Below, piece after piece: positions 29,607 to 40,701 of a stretch of DNA of 64,000 nt. Made by a program: the position numbers and the translations under genes. The first letter of the stretch is position 1; every line of letters begins with the position of its first letter. The notes beneath the pieces were generated by a model. The model saw nothing but the letters and a program-made list of their open reading frames with translations. It did not search any database and was not told the DNA's origin. This DNA comes from an uncultured candidatus Porisulfidus sp. Its GTDB lineage: Bacteria; Pseudomonadota; Gammaproteobacteria; Poriferisulfidales; Poriferisulfidaceae. The stretch is taken from contig CBDASZ010000002.1 of the NCBI GenBank assembly GCA_965199755.1, positions 32,001 through 96,000 on the forward strand, written 5' to 3'.

Positions 29607-29683
29607 GGCTATGTAGCTCAGCTGGTTAGAGCGTGGCACTCATAATGCCAAGGTCGGTGGTTCGAGTCCACCCATAGCCACCA
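29607..29683 (+). tRNA. tRNA-Met (CAT), elongator type
   Basis: 77-nt cloverleaf: acceptor GGCTATG/CATAGCC, D-arm AGCTCAGCTGGTTAGAGC, anticodon loop CTCATAA, T-loop TTCGAGT, encoded CCA. The G1-C72 pair and lack of the initiator GGG/CCC anticodon stem argue against tRNA-fMet. Confidence 0.95.
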
Positions 29684-29981
29684 TCCCTCTCTTGCTGCGG
29701 AAAGCCTCCCCATAAAAGCCTTGTAATCTTCTCGTTTCGCACAAAAACCCAGCAACCTAAAATGGGCTAATATAAGGATCATATTGTTTTTATTATGATT
29801 GGTCGATTTTACCCTACTGGTTTGGCACTTACTTTCTAAATAAGATTCACGCACAGAAGGACAAGTACCGAGCATCCTCTCTGGAAGAGCTGGGTCGCTT
29901 AACCGGCTTGATTAGGTTGTTATTCGGTAGTTGCAGCAATCCCCTGTGAGACGGGCGCGCTACCTCCGTACGGACTCATAA

Positions 29982-30140
29982 CTAGTACCTTTTGCGCCCC
30001 AACGCCAACACGAAAATCCAGCCCAGCAGCGGACTCAGCAGGAACGAGAAGAAGAACCAACCCCAACCGCTTCGGTTGTAACGGTTGGCAAATATCCCCA
30101 CCGCAATGGACAAGGGAATCCAAAGGAACAGAATTTCCAT
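29982..30140 (-). CDS. 52-aa small membrane protein (mobile-element-type hypothetical)
   Basis: Manual translation MEILFLWIPLSIAVGIFANRYNRSGWGWFFFSFLLSPLLGWIFVLALGRKRY*; two hydrophobic segments; TATAAT on the minus strand at 30169-30174. Below the ORF-track cutoff. Confidence 0.7.
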   Translation of the reverse strand: MEILFLWIPLSIAVGIFANRYNRSGWGWFFFSFLLSPLLGWIFVLALGRKRY

Positions 30141-30268
30141 TTAACGCAAGATTTATTCGTTACTCTCCATTATACGAATGATCTGAAAACTGACTTCAAA
30201 GCTCGCCCTGCACTGTCAAATTTCACCTCTTTTCAGACTGCATCAGAGACTCCCGAAAATGCCACATT

Positions 30269-30277
30269 TGCTACAAT
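30269..30277 (+). promoter_or_regulatory. Extended -10 element for gyrA
   Basis: TGCTACAAT, about 55 nt upstream of the gyrA ATG. Confidence 0.5.
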
Positions 30278-30331
30278 TCGTCTGACGCATTCGCGCTCGC
30301 AAAATTCCCGCCGTACGCCCCCCTTCTACTG

Positions 30332-32911
30332 ATGCAAGAAAACCCTAAGCCCACTGCTGAAATTCTGCCTATAACGATCGAAGACGAGATGCGTCAGTCG
30401 TATCTCGACTATGCCATGAGCGTGATCATCGGACGTGCGTTACCTGACGTCCGCGACGGCCTCAAACCTGTGCAGCGGCGAGTGCTTTACGCCATGCACG
30501 AACTCGGCAATCATTCTGACAAGCCATACAAGAAGTCCGCCCGCATCGTCGGCGATGTAATCGGCAAATACCATCCGCACGGCGACTCTGCAGCATACGA
30601 AACCATGGTGCGCATGGCGCAACCGTTCTCACTGCGGCACGTGCTGATTGACGGCCAAGGCAACTTCGGTTCGGTGGACGGCGACGCGCCGGCGGCCATG
30701 CGCTATACCGAGGTGCGCCTCGCACCCATCGCACATGAAATGCTCGCCGATCTTGAGCGCGAGACGGTTGATTTCATGCCGAACTATGACGGCAACGAAC
30801 AGGAGCCGTGCGTGTTGCCGACACGCATCCCCAATCTGCTGGTCAATGGTGCCACCGGCATTGCCGTCGCGATGGCCACCAGCATCCCGCCGCACAACCT
30901 TGGTGAAGTGGTGCGCGCCTGCGTAGCATTAATCGACGACCCGAATCTGGACATGGACGGCTTAATGGAGCATTTGCCTGGACCGGACTTCCCGACCGCG
31001 GCGCTAATGAATCGCAATGGCATTCGTGAAGCTTATGAGACTGGCCGTGGCCGTGTACTGCAACGCGCCCGCGTGGATGTGGAGAGCGACAGCAAGGGTC
31101 GAGAGACACTGATCGTCACGGAACTTCCCTACTACGTCAACAAGGCGCGCCTGATCGAGCAGATCGCCACGCTGGTGCGCGACAAACGCCTCGACGGTAT
31201 CCGCAATCTGCGCGACGAATCAGACAAGGACGGCATGCGCATTGTCATTGAACTGCGTCAAGGCACCGACAGCGACGTGGTCTGCAACAACCTGTTCCAG
31301 AAAACACGCATGCAGCAATCTTTCAGCATCAACATGGTGGCGCTCGACGGCGGACGTCCACGGCAGATGAATCTGCACGAAATGCTCGAAGCGTTCCTCA
31401 CGCACCGCCGCGATGTGGTCACCCGGCGTACCCAGTTCGAACTGCGCGAAGCCCGTACGCGTGGACACCGACTGGAAGGCTTTGCCGTAGCACTAGCCAA
31501 CATTGATGAGGTGATTGCCTTAATCAAGGCATCCGCCGATGCCGCCACTGCCCGCGATGCGCTGATGGCGCGCCCATGGCCGCCCGGGGCGACCAAAGAA
31601 TTGCTGGAGAAAGCTGGAGCGACGGCTTCCCGCCCGGAAGACCTGCCGGCCAAGTTCGGGCCACAGAAAGACGGCTATCACCTGTCCGAAATTCAGGCGC
31701 AGGCGATTCTGGAGTTGCGCCTGCACCGCCTCACTGGTCTTGAACAAGACAAGATTCGTAACGACTACCAGGACGTGCTCGACACGATCGCGGAGCTTTA
31801 TCAGATTCTGGCAGAGCCGGAGCACATGATGCAGGTGATCCGTGATGAGTTGTGCGCCATTGACGAGCAGTACACCAACGCGCGGCGCACCGAAATCGAG
31901 GAAGGCGACTACGCGCAGGAAGACGAAGACCTGATCCCGGTAGAAGATCGGGTAGTGACACTGTCCGGGCAAGGCTACGCCAAGTCGCAATCGCCCGATG
32001 TATACCGGGCACAACGCCGCGGTGGCGTCGGCAAGACCGCCGCCTCAACCAAGGAAGAAGACTACATTGAGCAGATGTTCCTCGCCAGCACGCATGACAC
32101 TGTGCTGTGCTTCACCAGTCTGGGCCGCGTCTACTGGCTCAAGGTGTACCAGTTCTCCAGCGGCTCGCGCGTCGCGCGCGGGCGTCCGATCGTCAACTTG
32201 CTGCCCTTGATGGAAGATGAAACCATCAATGTCATCATGCCGGTGCACGAGTTTGACGATGACCGTTACGTGGTGATGGCCACCCGACGCGGCATCATCA
32301 AAAAAGTCCGCCTGTCAGCATTCTCCCGCCCAATGAAACGCGGCATCATTGCCATGAATCTGGACGATGGCGATCAGCTAATCGGCGCGGCACTGTCCGA
32401 CGGCAACAGTGACATCCTGATGGTTGCCGACAACGGCAAGGCCGTACGCTTTACGGAGACCGCGGTACGCTCCTTGGGCCGCACCGCCCGCGGTGTACGC
32501 GGCATTCGCCTGGCGGAGGACGCGCACGTCATCAGCCTGTCCGTCATTGACGCGGATTCCGGCGAGCGTCAGTTGCTTCTGGCCACCCGCAACGGCTTCG
32601 GCAAACGCACCCGGCTGGCCGACTTCACCCGCAAGGGTCGCGGCATCCAGGGCATCATCGCCATTCGCACCAGCGAACGCAATGGCCCGGTGATCGGCGC
32701 GGTCGAAGCGGATCCACAGCGCGAAGTGATGATGATCACCAGCGGCGGCACATTGGTGCGCACCAGCATTGAGGAAATTGCCTTGTCTGGCCGCTCCGCG
32801 CAAGGCGTACGTCTAATCACCCCGCGCGATGGCGAGCATCTCAGTCGTCTGGTCTGCGTCGACGCGCTGGATGAAGACGCCGACACGCAGGACGAACCGG
32901 TTGTCCACTGA
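30332..32911 (+). CDS. gyrA: DNA gyrase subunit A
   Basis: [25 protein letters not shown] and GyrA-box QRRGGVG. Confidence 0.98.
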   Translation: MQENPKPTAEILPITIEDEMRQSYLDYAMSVIIGRALPDVRDGLKPVQRRVLYAMHELGNHSDKPYKKSARIVGDVIGKYHPHGDSAAYETMVRMAQPFSLRHVLIDGQGNFGSVDGDAPAAMRYTEVRLAPIAHEMLADLERETVDFMPNYDGNEQEPCVLPTRIPNLLVNGATGIAVAMATSIPPHNLGEVVRACVALIDDPNLDMDGLMEHLPGPDFPTAALMNRNGIREAYETGRGRVLQRARVDVESDSKGRETLIVTELPYYVNKARLIEQIATLVRDKRLDGIRNLRDESDKDGMRIVIELRQGTDSDVVCNNLFQKTRMQQSFSINMVALDGGRPRQMNLHEMLEAFLTHRRDVVTRRTQFELREARTRGHRLEGFAVALANIDEVIALIKASADAATARDALMARPWPPGATKELLEKAGATASRPEDLPAKFGPQKDGYHLSEIQAQAILELRLHRLTGLEQDKIRNDYQDVLDTIAELYQILAEPEHMMQVIRDELCAIDEQYTNARRTEIEEGDYAQEDEDLIPVEDRVVTLSGQGYAKSQSPDVYRAQRRGGVGKTAASTKEEDYIEQMFLASTHDTVLCFTSLGRVYWLKVYQFSSGSRVARGRPIVNLLPLMEDETINVIMPVHEFDDDRYVVMATRRGIIKKVRLSAFSRPMKRGIIAMNLDDGDQLIGAALSDGNSDILMVADNGKAVRFTETAVRSLGRTARGVRGIRLAEDAHVISLSVIDADSGERQLLLATRNGFGKRTRLADFTRKGRGIQGIIAIRTSERNGPVIGAVEADPQREVMMITSGGTLVRTSIEEIALSGRSAQGVRLITPRDGEHLSRLVCVDALDEDADTQDEPVVH

Positions 32912-33974
32912 CATCGCCACGGTCCGTTACAACTTCGCTCCGGGCCCCGCGCAACTTCCCAAACCGGTGCTCGAAGAGGCCGCGCAAGCGGTTCTCAACT
33001 TCGATTCCTCCGAGCGTTCCATTCTGGAACTGAGTCATCGCAGCGACGCTTTCGATGCCGTTGCCGAGCGCGCGGAATCTGATCTCCGTGATCTGCTGTC
33101 GCTCAGCGACGACTACGCCGTGCTGTTTCTCTCCAGCGGCACGCGCACGCATTACGGTCTATGGACTCTCAATATCAGTGCGCCTGATGCGCGCATCGGC
33201 ATGACGCAAAGCGGCTATTGGTCACGCATGGCCGCCGATGAGGCCGGGCGCTTTCGCAGCATCGTGCGCCTTGAGCAAAGCGACCCCTCAGACTATCCTG
33301 AATGGGATCCCTATGAGGCGACTGCGCTTGATTATGTGCACTACGTCTCTAACGAGACGCTGACCGGGCTTGCCATGCCCGAACCTGAAGTGCCCTGCCC
33401 GCTGGTCTGCGACCATACTTCGGACTTCCTGAGCGAGCCGATTGATCTGCAGCCTTACGCTCTATGCTACGCCGGCGCGCAGAAGAATTTCGGCTGCGCC
33501 GGACTCACGCTTGCGATCGTACGCCGGGAATTGTTGCGTGAGGAGATCGAACTGCCCAAAGGTCTTGATTACCACACCCAGATGCAGCACCAGTGCCGTT
33601 ACTACACGCCCGCCACTTACGCCTGGTACGTGGCTTCACTGTACCTGCGCTGGATTCGCGAAGAAGGCGGACTGGAGGTCATGGCGCAACGGGCCGAGGC
33701 GCGTGCGCAGCCCTTGTATGCGTACATTGATGACTCCTCTTTGTACAGTTGCGCCATCGCGCCGCGGGCGCGCTCCCGCATGAACGTCTGCTTTCAACTA
33801 AGCGATGAATCCCTGCTGGAGGCGTTTCTGGAGCAGGCCGAAGCGCAGGGACTGGCGGGTCTGCGAGGACACAGTGCGGTCGGCGGAATTAGGGCCAGCC
33901 TGTACAATGCCATGCCAATAGCCGGAGCTGAAGCGCTGGCTTCTTTCATGCACGAGTTCGAGCGCACCGCATGA
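32901..33974 (+). CDS. serC: Phosphoserine aminotransferase
   Basis: [20 protein letters not shown] lysine in YAGAQKN and [10 protein letters not shown]; start placed at TTG 32901 (uncertain). Confidence 0.93.
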   Translation: MSTDIATVRYNFAPGPAQLPKPVLEEAAQAVLNFDSSERSILELSHRSDAFDAVAERAESDLRDLLSLSDDYAVLFLSSGTRTHYGLWTLNISAPDARIGMTQSGYWSRMAADEAGRFRSIVRLEQSDPSDYPEWDPYEATALDYVHYVSNETLTGLAMPEPEVPCPLVCDHTSDFLSEPIDLQPYALCYAGAQKNFGCAGLTLAIVRRELLREEIELPKGLDYHTQMQHQCRYYTPATYAWYVASLYLRWIREEGGLEVMAQRAEARAQPLYAYIDDSSLYSCAIAPRARSRMNVCFQLSDESLLEAFLEQAEAQGLAGLRGHSAVGGIRASLYNAMPIAGAEALASFMHEFERTA

Positions 33975-35047
33975 GTGACCAAGATTTAAATTCTGCCCGG
34001 CGTCAAATTGACGCGCTGGACGATGAGATTGTAGAACGCATCAGTCACCGGGCGCGTCTGGCGCTGGAGACTGCGCGCGCCAAATCGGCAGACGGCAGTT
34101 TCTATGATCCGGCACGTGAGGCGCAGGTGCTACGCCGCATTCGCGAGACCAATCCGGGACCGCTCACAGACGATGAAATGGTGCGGCTGTTCCGCGAGAT
34201 CATGTCGGCCTGTCTGGCGCTGGAGCGCCCGACACAAGTCGTCTATCTGGGACCAGAAGGCACCTTCACGCATCAAGCGGCGCAACGGCATTTCGGGCAC
34301 TCCGCGCAATTCACACCGCACGACCATGTCGGCGAGGTGTTTCGCGAGGTGGAAAGCGATGAATCCGAATACGGCGTGGTGCCGGTAGAGAATTCGACCG
34401 ACGGCGTGGTCGCGCATACGCTCGACCTGTTCATTGAGTCTGCGCTGAAAATTGCCGGCGAAGTCGAGTTGTCCATTCACCACCATCTGCTCGCGACCCA
34501 CGAGGATCTCGATGCCTTGCGTTGCGTGCGCGCGCACCCGCAGGCGTTGGCGCAATGCCGCCAGTGGCTGGACCGGAAACTGCCCAAACTCGACCGCATC
34601 GCGGACTCCAGCAATGCGGCCGCCGCCCTGTACGCGCAGCAGAACCCGGAAGTCGCGGCGATCGCAGCGCGCGCCGCCGCTGAACAGTACGAGCTAAACA
34701 TTCTAGCGACCAACATTGAGGACAACCCGGACAACCGCACCCGCTTTCTGGTCATCGGCAAGAACGAGTCACCGCCTTCCGGTGCGGACAAGACCAGCGT
34801 GCTGGTGTCCGCGCGCAACCGACCAGGCGCACTGATGGAATTGCTGCGACCGCTGTCTGAGGCCGGCATTGACCTGAGCCGCATCGAGTCGCGGCCCGCG
34901 AAAACGGTCAACTGGGAATACGTGTTCTTTCTGGACCTGCAGGGACATCAGGCTGAAGCACCAATCGCAGCGGCGCTGGACGCGCTGACGGAAGCTTCCG
35001 CATTCTGCAAAATTCTGGGCTCCTATCCCTGCGCCGCCGCGCCCTGA
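33971..35047 (+). CDS. pheA: Chorismate mutase / prephenate dehydratase (P-protein)
   Basis: RRQIDALD..REAQVL, YLGPEGTFT, PVENSTDG, NRTRF and IESRP motifs. Confidence 0.96.
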   Translation: MSDQDLNSARRQIDALDDEIVERISHRARLALETARAKSADGSFYDPAREAQVLRRIRETNPGPLTDDEMVRLFREIMSACLALERPTQVVYLGPEGTFTHQAAQRHFGHSAQFTPHDHVGEVFREVESDESEYGVVPVENSTDGVVAHTLDLFIESALKIAGEVELSIHHHLLATHEDLDALRCVRAHPQALAQCRQWLDRKLPKLDRIADSSNAAAALYAQQNPEVAAIAARAAAEQYELNILATNIEDNPDNRTRFLVIGKNESPPSGADKTSVLVSARNRPGALMELLRPLSEAGIDLSRIESRPAKTVNWEYVFFLDLQGHQAEAPIAAALDALTEASAFCKILGSYPCAAAP

Positions 35048-36150
35048 TGGCCGCCTCCCCTGACGCTGTCTGCACGGCCGCGCGCGCGAGTGTGCAGCAA
35101 CTGGCACCTTATATCCCCGGCGCGCGTCCCAGCGTCGCCGGCGAGAAGTTGTGCCGGCTGGCCTCTAATGAAAACCCGCTCGGCCCCTCGCCAAAGGCCG
35201 TGGACGCCTTGCGCGACATTGGCAATCTGGCGCGCTACCCGGACAACGACGGCCATGCCCTCAAACAAGCACTCGCCGCGCAGCATAACTGTGGCGAAGA
35301 CTCCCTGATTCTGGGCAATGGCTCTTCTGACCTGCTGGATTTGGTTGCGCAAGCCTGGCTTGAAGACGGTCGCGAGGCGGTATTCGCACGCCACGCTTTT
35401 GTGGTGTACCCGCTGGTGGTGCAGGCCGCCGGGGCTGTCGCCCGCATCGCCGAGCCGTATCCGCTGACGCATGAACAACCGCTTGGCCATGATCTTGCGA
35501 CTCTGCAAGAGCAGGTCACTGAGCGCACCGCGGTGGTGTTTCTAGCCAATCCCAACAATCCGACCGGCACAGTGCTGAACGATGACGCCGTGCGCGACTT
35601 TCTGGAGGCCATTCCGCCGCAGGTGCTGGTGGTGCTGGATGAAGCCTACGCGGAGTACCGCGATCCGATCCCGCCCGCCGGGCGCTTTCTGGACTGTCCG
35701 CAAGTGCTGCTCACCCGTACCTTCTCGAAGATCTACGGCCTCGCCGGTCTGCGCATCGGCTATGCCTTGGGCCACCCGGACGTAATCAGTATGCTGAACC
35801 GAGTACGCCAGCCGTTCAATGTCAACACGCTGGCGCAGCAGGCGGCCTGCGCGGCGCTCACCGACACCGAGCACCTTGCGAAAAGCCGCAGCAACTGCAC
35901 TGAGGGCATGTTGCGGCTGCTCGCTACCGCCCGAGAACTGGAATATCCGCATCTTGGCATGCACGGCAATTTCCTGACCCTGAATCTGGGCGAGCGAACC
36001 CCCGAGGCGATCGCGTCTCTTCGCGAGCGAGGCATTTTGGCGCGCGCCTTGCCGGAGTACGAACTGCCGCAGTGGCTGCGTTTCACCATTGGCAATACCG
36101 ATGAGATCTCCACACTGATCGAAGCCTTAAGCGACTGGGAAGGCACATGA
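35047..36150 (+). CDS. hisC: Histidinol-phosphate/aromatic aminotransferase
   Basis: LASNENPLG, ANPNNPTG, DEAY and RTFSKIYGLAGLRIGY motifs. Confidence 0.92.
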   Translation: MAASPDAVCTAARASVQQLAPYIPGARPSVAGEKLCRLASNENPLGPSPKAVDALRDIGNLARYPDNDGHALKQALAAQHNCGEDSLILGNGSSDLLDLVAQAWLEDGREAVFARHAFVVYPLVVQAAGAVARIAEPYPLTHEQPLGHDLATLQEQVTERTAVVFLANPNNPTGTVLNDDAVRDFLEAIPPQVLVVLDEAYAEYRDPIPPAGRFLDCPQVLLTRTFSKIYGLAGLRIGYALGHPDVISMLNRVRQPFNVNTLAQQAACAALTDTEHLAKSRSNCTEGMLRLLATARELEYPHLGMHGNFLTLNLGERTPEAIASLRERGILARALPEYELPQWLRFTIGNTDEISTLIEALSDWEGT

Positions 36151-37004
36151 ACGACACAATCGCCATCATCGGCATGGGTAACATCGGCGGCTCCATGGCT
36201 TTGGGTCTGCGCGACAGTTGCGCCGCCATACATGGATTTGATACGGATGCCGCAGCGCTGGACTGGGCGCACGGCGAAGGATTGATTGACACCGCGCACT
36301 CACAGGCTGCCGCGGCAGCCAAAGTGTGCGAGATGATTGTGCTGGCGGTGCCGCCGGGTGCCGTTGCTCCGGTTTGTCTGGAACTGGCACCGCATATTGA
36401 ACCCGGCCAGGTCGTCACCGATGTCAGCAGCATCAAAGGGCCGATGCTGGAGGCCATCGCACAAGGCTGCGGCGTGGTGCCGCCATGGTTCGTGCCGGGG
36501 CATCCGATTGCTGGCACCGAGAAGTCTGGCGTACGCCATGCCAGCGGCACCCTGTTCCAGGGTCGCTGCGCGGTGCTGACGCCGTTGCCGCAAACCAACC
36601 CCGATGCGGTGGCCTGCGTGCGCCTTCTGTGGGAGCAACTCGGCATGGCCACCCAGATCATGGAGGCCGACACGCATGACGCCATGGTCGCCGGCGTCAG
36701 TCACCTGCCACATGTGCTGGCGTTTGCATTAATGGATCTGCTGGCGCAAGAGTTCGGCATTGAGGAACTGAAGCGCTACGCCGCCGGCGGCCTGCTGGAT
36801 TCCACACGCATTGCGTCTAGCAACCCTGAATTGTGGGCTGATATCTGCCACGGCAATCGCGCCCAACTGGTGCCAATGCTGGAACGGTTCCAGACGCGAC
36901 TGAGCGAGTTGACCAACGCGCTGCGCACCGAACAATCCCAAGCGCTGCACGACTCCTTCAGCACCGCTCGCCGCACTCGCGAACAACTTCGGCTCAAGGA
37001 ATGA
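36147..37004 (+). CDS. tyrA: Prephenate/arogenate dehydrogenase
   Basis: IIGMGNIGGS, TDVSSIK, GHPIAGTEKSG and SHLPH motifs. Confidence 0.9.
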   Translation: MNDTIAIIGMGNIGGSMALGLRDSCAAIHGFDTDAAALDWAHGEGLIDTAHSQAAAAAKVCEMIVLAVPPGAVAPVCLELAPHIEPGQVVTDVSSIKGPMLEAIAQGCGVVPPWFVPGHPIAGTEKSGVRHASGTLFQGRCAVLTPLPQTNPDAVACVRLLWEQLGMATQIMEADTHDAMVAGVSHLPHVLAFALMDLLAQEFGIEELKRYAAGGLLDSTRIASSNPELWADICHGNRAQLVPMLERFQTRLSELTNALRTEQSQALHDSFSTARRTREQLRLKE

Positions 37005-38302
37005 GCACGTGCTGGCTGGCTGGGCCAGGTGGCGCGGTGCGCGGCACCGTGGACCTCCCCGGCGACAAATCCATCAGCCACCGCGCCTTGATGCTCGCCG
37101 CGATCGCGCATGGCCCCAGCACCCTGCGCGGCGTACTCGATAGCGAAGACTGTCGCGCCACAGCCACGGCGCTGCGGCAACTGAGCGTGAAACTGGCGCG
37201 ACCCGAACCCGGAGTGTGGCAGATTGAAGGACGCGGCCTCGACGGCTTGCGCGACCCCGGTGAGCCGCTTGATCTCGGCAACTCTGGCACTTCAATGCGG
37301 TTGTTTTGCGGGCTGCTGGCTAGGCGGGAATTCTCAACCACTTTAATCGGCGATGCGTCGCTGTCGCGCCGTCCGATGGAGCGCGTGACTGCTCCCTTGC
37401 GCGCGATGGGCGCGCACATTGACACGGAGGACGAGCATGCGCCGGTGCGGATTCACGCCAACGCCACACTGCGAGGCATCACGCACCCGGAGCCGATCGC
37501 TAGCGCGCAAGTCAAATCCGCCATTCTGCTCGCCGGACTGCAAACCAGCGGTCGCAGTTGTCTGATGGAAACCGCGCCCTCCCGCGACCATACCGAACGC
37601 ATGCTGCCGGCCTTCGGTGCGCACTGCGCCGTCACCGATAACACCATCTGTATTGAGGGTGGGCAGTCCTTGCATGGCGCAGAAGTAGTGATTCCGCGCG
37701 ATCTATCTGCGGCCGCGTTTTTTGTGGTCGCAGCATGCATTACGTCGGATGCCGATGTGCGCCTGCCCGGAGTCGGACTCAACCCCCGCCGCGACGGGAT
37801 GCTGCGAATTTTGCAGGCGATGGGCGCGAACATTGAGATCACTCTTGACGACACCACTGCATCGGAGCCGCAGGGCGAGATTCGGGTGCGCCACAGTGCG
37901 CTTGCCGGGGTCGAGGTGGGCCCGGAACTGGTGTCCAACGCCATTGACGAGTTTCCGATCCTCTGCATTGCGGCGGCCTGTGCTGAAGGGGTGACTGAGT
38001 TTCATGGCATTGGCGAGTTGCGACTGAAGGAATCCGACCGCATTGCCGCCATGGAAGAAGGCTTGCGCGCACTGGGCATCACGGTCGAAGCCGGCGCTGA
38101 CTTCATGCGCATCACTGGCGGGAGTTTGCGCGGCGGCACCGTACACAGCCACCAAGATCACCGCATCGCCATGGCCTTCGCGATCGCATCACTGGCCGCG
38201 CAAGACACGATTCGCATCGAGGGCGCGCAGTGGGTGGCAACCTCCTTCCCGGACTTCGCCGATCTCGCGCGAAGCGTCGGCGTGTTGCTGCGCGATGACT
38301 GA
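37001..38302 (+). CDS. aroA: EPSP synthase (class II-like)
   Basis: PGDKSISHR, GNSGTSMR, SAQVKSA, RDHTERM, KESDRI and DHRIAM motifs. Confidence 0.97.
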   Translation: MSTCWLAGPGGAVRGTVDLPGDKSISHRALMLAAIAHGPSTLRGVLDSEDCRATATALRQLSVKLARPEPGVWQIEGRGLDGLRDPGEPLDLGNSGTSMRLFCGLLARREFSTTLIGDASLSRRPMERVTAPLRAMGAHIDTEDEHAPVRIHANATLRGITHPEPIASAQVKSAILLAGLQTSGRSCLMETAPSRDHTERMLPAFGAHCAVTDNTICIEGGQSLHGAEVVIPRDLSAAAFFVVAACITSDADVRLPGVGLNPRRDGMLRILQAMGANIEITLDDTTASEPQGEIRVRHSALAGVEVGPELVSNAIDEFPILCIAAACAEGVTEFHGIGELRLKESDRIAAMEEGLRALGITVEAGADFMRITGGSLRGGTVHSHQDHRIAMAFAIASLAAQDTIRIEGAQWVATSFPDFADLARSVGVLLRDD

Positions 38303-38966
38303 ATTCATTCCGGTCGTCGCCATTGACGGCACCGCCGGCTCCGGCAAAGGCACGCTGGCACGCGGACTCGCGCAAGAACTCGGCTGGCATTATCTGGACT
38401 CTGGTGCCTTGTATCGCGCCTGCGCCTACGCCATAGCGCAGCAGGACATCGCTGTTGACGACACAGATGCGTGCGTGGCCGCGGCGCAAACCATGGAACT
38501 GGAGGTACAGTGTCTGCCCGAAGGTTTGGCACTGTCTCTGTCCGGGCGCGACATCAGCACGGCGATTCGTGAAAGCGCGATCGGCGCGGCCGCCTCCGTG
38601 ATCGCCGGATATCCGGGAATTCGCGCGGCCTTGTTGCCGCGTCAACGCGCCGCGCGTCAGTTGCCTGGTCTGGTCGCCGACGGACGCGATATGGGCAGCG
38701 TGGTGTTCCCGGACGCTCTTCTCAAGGTGTTTCTAACCGCTTCGCTGGATATTCGGGCGCAACGACGCCAGATGCAGTTGAAAGAGTTGGGGGTGAATGC
38801 TACAATGTCCGACCTCATCCAGGAGTTGGCACTGCGTGATCAACAGGATACGCAGCGCAATGCAGCACCGCTGATGCAGACTTCGGATGCTTTCTTGCTT
38901 GATACCACAGGGTATTCGATCAAGGAGGTATGCGATCAGGTCCGGGCTCGCCTGCCCGGTTCATAA
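38295..38966 (+). CDS. cmk: Cytidylate kinase
   Basis: AIDGTAGSGKGT, LDSGALYR and ADGRDMGSVVFPDA; ATG at 38295. Confidence 0.96.
   Translation: MTEFIPVVAIDGTAGSGKGTLARGLAQELGWHYLDSGALYRACAYAIAQQDIAVDDTDACVAAAQTMELEVQCLPEGLALSLSGRDISTAIRESAIGAAASVIAGYPGIRAALLPRQRAARQLPGLVADGRDMGSVVFPDALLKVFLTASLDIRAQRRQMQLKELGVNATMSDLIQELALRDQQDTQRNAAPLMQTSDAFLLDTTGYSIKEVCDQVRARLPGS
38798..38806 (+). promoter_or_regulatory. Internal extended -10 element in cmk, probable rpsA promoter
   Basis: TGCTACAAT with TTGAAA at 38778-38783 nearby; rpsA promoters lie inside cmk in E. coli. Confidence 0.4.
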
Positions 38967-38991
38967 ACCCCACAGACAAAGGCACCCATCC

Positions 38992-40692
38992 ATGAGCGAA
39001 AACTTCGCAGATCTGCTGGAAGAGAATATCTCCCGGCTCCAAATTCGTCCCGGCTCCATTATTGAAGGCACGGTCGTCGACATTCGTGCCGACGCCGTCA
39101 TCGTCAGCGCCGGCCTCAAATCCGAATGCTTCATTCCCGCTGATCAGTTCCGTGACAATGACGGGCAACTGGAAGTCGCCATCGGCGACACCGTGGAAGT
39201 GTCACTGGACGCGCTGGAAGACGGCAGCGGCGAGACCCGCATGTCGCGCGAGCGCGCCAAACGCATCCGCATCTGGAACGATCTGGAGAAAGCCTTTGAG
39301 GAAGGCACCAAGGTCACCGGCACCATCGCCAGCAAGGTCAAGGGCGGCTTCACCATCAACCTGAACTCAGCGGTGCGCGCCTTTTTGCCTGGCTCGCTGG
39401 TGGACGTACGTCCGGTACGCGAAACCGCCTATCTGGAAAACCGGGAACTGGAATTCAAGATCATCAAGATTGACCGCCGACGCGACAACGTGGTGGTCTC
39501 ACGCCGCGCCGTCATTGAAGTCGAACACAGCGCCGAACGCAACGCCATCCTGCAGAAACTGGCGGAAAGCAGTACGGTGCGCGGCACGGTCAAGAACCTG
39601 ACCGACTACGGCGCATTTCTGGACCTGGGCGGCGCTGATGGCCTGTTGCATATCACCGACATGGCGTGGCGACGTATTCACCACCCTTCGGACGTGGTCG
39701 AGATCGGGCAGGAAATTGACGTCAAAATCCTGAGTTACGATCAGGAAAGCGGGCGCGTGTCGCTCGGCATCAAGCAGCTGACGCAAGACCCTTGGGAAGA
39801 CATTACCGATCGCTATTCGGTCGGCACTCAGGTCAACGGTACGGTCACCAGCATTACCGACTACGGCTGCTTTGTGGAAGTCGAGGATGGTATTGAAGGA
39901 CTGGTGCATGCCTCCGAAATGGACTGGACCTCGCGCAATCCTAATCCCTCACGCATGGTGACGATGGGCGATGCGGTCGAGGTCAAGGTGCTGGAGATTG
40001 ATCTGGAGCGCCGGCGCATTTCACTCGGCATGAAGCAATGCACGGACAATCCGTGGGAAGCCTTCGCCGCGATGTACAGCAAAGGCTCCAAAATCACCGG
40101 CGCGGTCAAGTCGATCACGGATTTTGGCGTGTTCGTCGGCCTCGACGGCGGCATTGACGGCCTGATTCATCTCTCCGACCTGTCCTGGACGGAGCCGGGT
40201 GAAACCGCCATCCGCAATTATCAAAAAGGCCATGAACTCGAAGCGCGCGTCCTGTCGGTGGACGTGGAGCGCGAGCGCGTCTCACTCGGTATCAAGCAAT
40301 TGACTGATGACCCGATGCAGGAATGGGCGCGCCAGAATCCGAAAGGTACGGTAGTCTCGGGCACCGTGCAGGAAGTCACCGCGCGCAGCGTGATCGTGAT
40401 GCTTAAGGAAGATGTCACGGCGACCATCGCCGCCTCTGAACTGTCGCAAGAGAAGGTCGAGGATGCGCGCGAGCACGCGCGCGTCGGCGAGACCATTGAG
40501 GCGGTAGTGCGCAACATTGATCTCAAGAAACAGCAGATCAGTCTGTCGGTGCGCGCCAAGGATCAGGCGGAAGAAAAGAAGGCGGTGGAAGATTACAAGG
40601 CCGAAGCACCGCAAATCAGCCGCTCGCTCGGTGGTATAATCCGTGAAACCCTGCTTGAGCGCGGTTCGCGTAAGAAAAACAAAGACACCTGA
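38992..40692 (+). CDS. rpsA: 30S ribosomal protein S1
   Basis: MSENFADLLEE start and six S1 repeats (AFLPGS, DGLLHITD, EGLVHASE, DGLIHLSD). Confidence 0.98.
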   Translation: MSENFADLLEENISRLQIRPGSIIEGTVVDIRADAVIVSAGLKSECFIPADQFRDNDGQLEVAIGDTVEVSLDALEDGSGETRMSRERAKRIRIWNDLEKAFEEGTKVTGTIASKVKGGFTINLNSAVRAFLPGSLVDVRPVRETAYLENRELEFKIIKIDRRRDNVVVSRRAVIEVEHSAERNAILQKLAESSTVRGTVKNLTDYGAFLDLGGADGLLHITDMAWRRIHHPSDVVEIGQEIDVKILSYDQESGRVSLGIKQLTQDPWEDITDRYSVGTQVNGTVTSITDYGCFVEVEDGIEGLVHASEMDWTSRNPNPSRMVTMGDAVEVKVLEIDLERRRISLGMKQCTDNPWEAFAAMYSKGSKITGAVKSITDFGVFVGLDGGIDGLIHLSDLSWTEPGETAIRNYQKGHELEARVLSVDVERERVSLGIKQLTDDPMQEWARQNPKGTVVSGTVQEVTARSVIVMLKEDVTATIAASELSQEKVEDAREHARVGETIEAVVRNIDLKKQQISLSVRAKDQAEEKKAVEDYKAEAPQISRSLGGIIRETLLERGSRKKNKDT

Positions 40693-40701
40693 GTTCGTAT
40701 C

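Noticed and set aside
29618-29875. 85-aa minus-strand ORF ending WWLWVDSNHRP
   Set aside because: Typical translation of the antisense strand of a tRNA gene; spurious.
29920-30123. 67-aa minus-strand ORF in the track
   Set aside because: The overlapping frame 29982-30140 has an ATG start and a coherent membrane-protein pattern and is preferred.
29684-30331. Intact prophage or integrative element at tRNA-Met
   Set aside because: No integrase, no visible attR duplicate, and core genes resume within about 650 bp.
32011-32032. GyrA-box variant QRRGGVG instead of QRRGGKG
   Set aside because: A single substitution at a position known to vary; the motif is otherwise intact.
38043-38966. Apparent aroA-cmk fusion or 307-aa Cmk
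   Set aside because: aroA stops at 38302 in a different frame; Cmk homology begins at ATG 38295.
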